Source: Staphylococcus phage S-CoN_Ph34
Length of the DNA: 25,977 bases
Strand: one strand, 5' to 3'
Sequence record: OR354857.1
Both the position numbers and the translations under genes were made by a program. The notes beneath the pieces are model-generated. The model was given only the letters and a program-made list of their open reading frames with translations, was not told the origin of the DNA and ran no database searches. Positions 25,958-25,977 of this stretch are shown piece by piece; position 1 is the stretch's first letter; every line of letters starts with the position of its first letter.

Positions 25958-25977
25958 AAATATTACAAAAAAAATTC

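Larger units (their letters stand above)
17426..25977. repeat. Right arm of large diverged inverted duplication (truncated holin', amidase', CHAP', pol', ATPase', early genes, terminal motif)
   Basis: Inverted, collinear, diverged copy of 1-8942. Lacks a homologue of left ORF 1316-1525. Confidence 0.85.

Noticed and set aside
1-25977. tRNA, rRNA or integrase/attachment sites
   Set aside because: No cloverleaf-compatible GC-rich segments, no recombinase-like ORF, and both window ends look like linear-genome termini rather than prophage att sites.

Overview
This AT-rich (~30% GC) window appears to be a complete, terminus-bounded linear phage molecule of the phi29-like / Staphylococcus P68-44AHJD-like type (small podovirus with protein-primed replication). 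Direct evidence is a family-B protein-primed DNA polymerase (Exo I/II/III, Dx2SLYP, Kx3NSxYG, YCDTDS, KxY motifs), a phi29 gp16-like DNA encapsidation ATPase, a phi29 gp9-like tail knob, a beta-helix tail fibre, a Lys16-like CHAP+SH3b endolysin, a holin, and short related C-rich motifs at both ends. The layout is unusual. Left arm 1-7.2 kb (+ strand) carries the early/replication module: small early proteins, an SSB-like protein, a small membrane protein, a two-domain SGNH esterase, a 170-aa protein, the packaging ATPase and the DNA polymerase. The centre, 7.3-17.5 kb (- strand), carries lysis and structural genes: CHAP peptidase, putative amidase, holin, tail knob, coiled-coil protein, CHAP-SH3b lysin, 609-aa fibre, lower collar, portal, major capsid. 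The right 8.5 kb (17426-25977) is an inverted, ~70-80% aa-identical paralogous copy of the left arm plus lysis module (truncated holin', amidase', CHAP', pol', ATPase', and so on back to a second 'left-type' terminus). The whole molecule therefore has two diverged inverted arms flanking a single structural block. At least eight reading-frame disruptions, mostly at homopolymer runs, split genes in both arms and the tail knob. Other points of interest are a bacterial-SSB-type acidic C-terminal tip (..DDLPF) encoded in the +1 frame after an A-run in both SSB copies, an amidase/CHAP overlap constrained in the CHAP frame, an early-region SGNH esterase, and a conserved non-coding block between convergent terminators.
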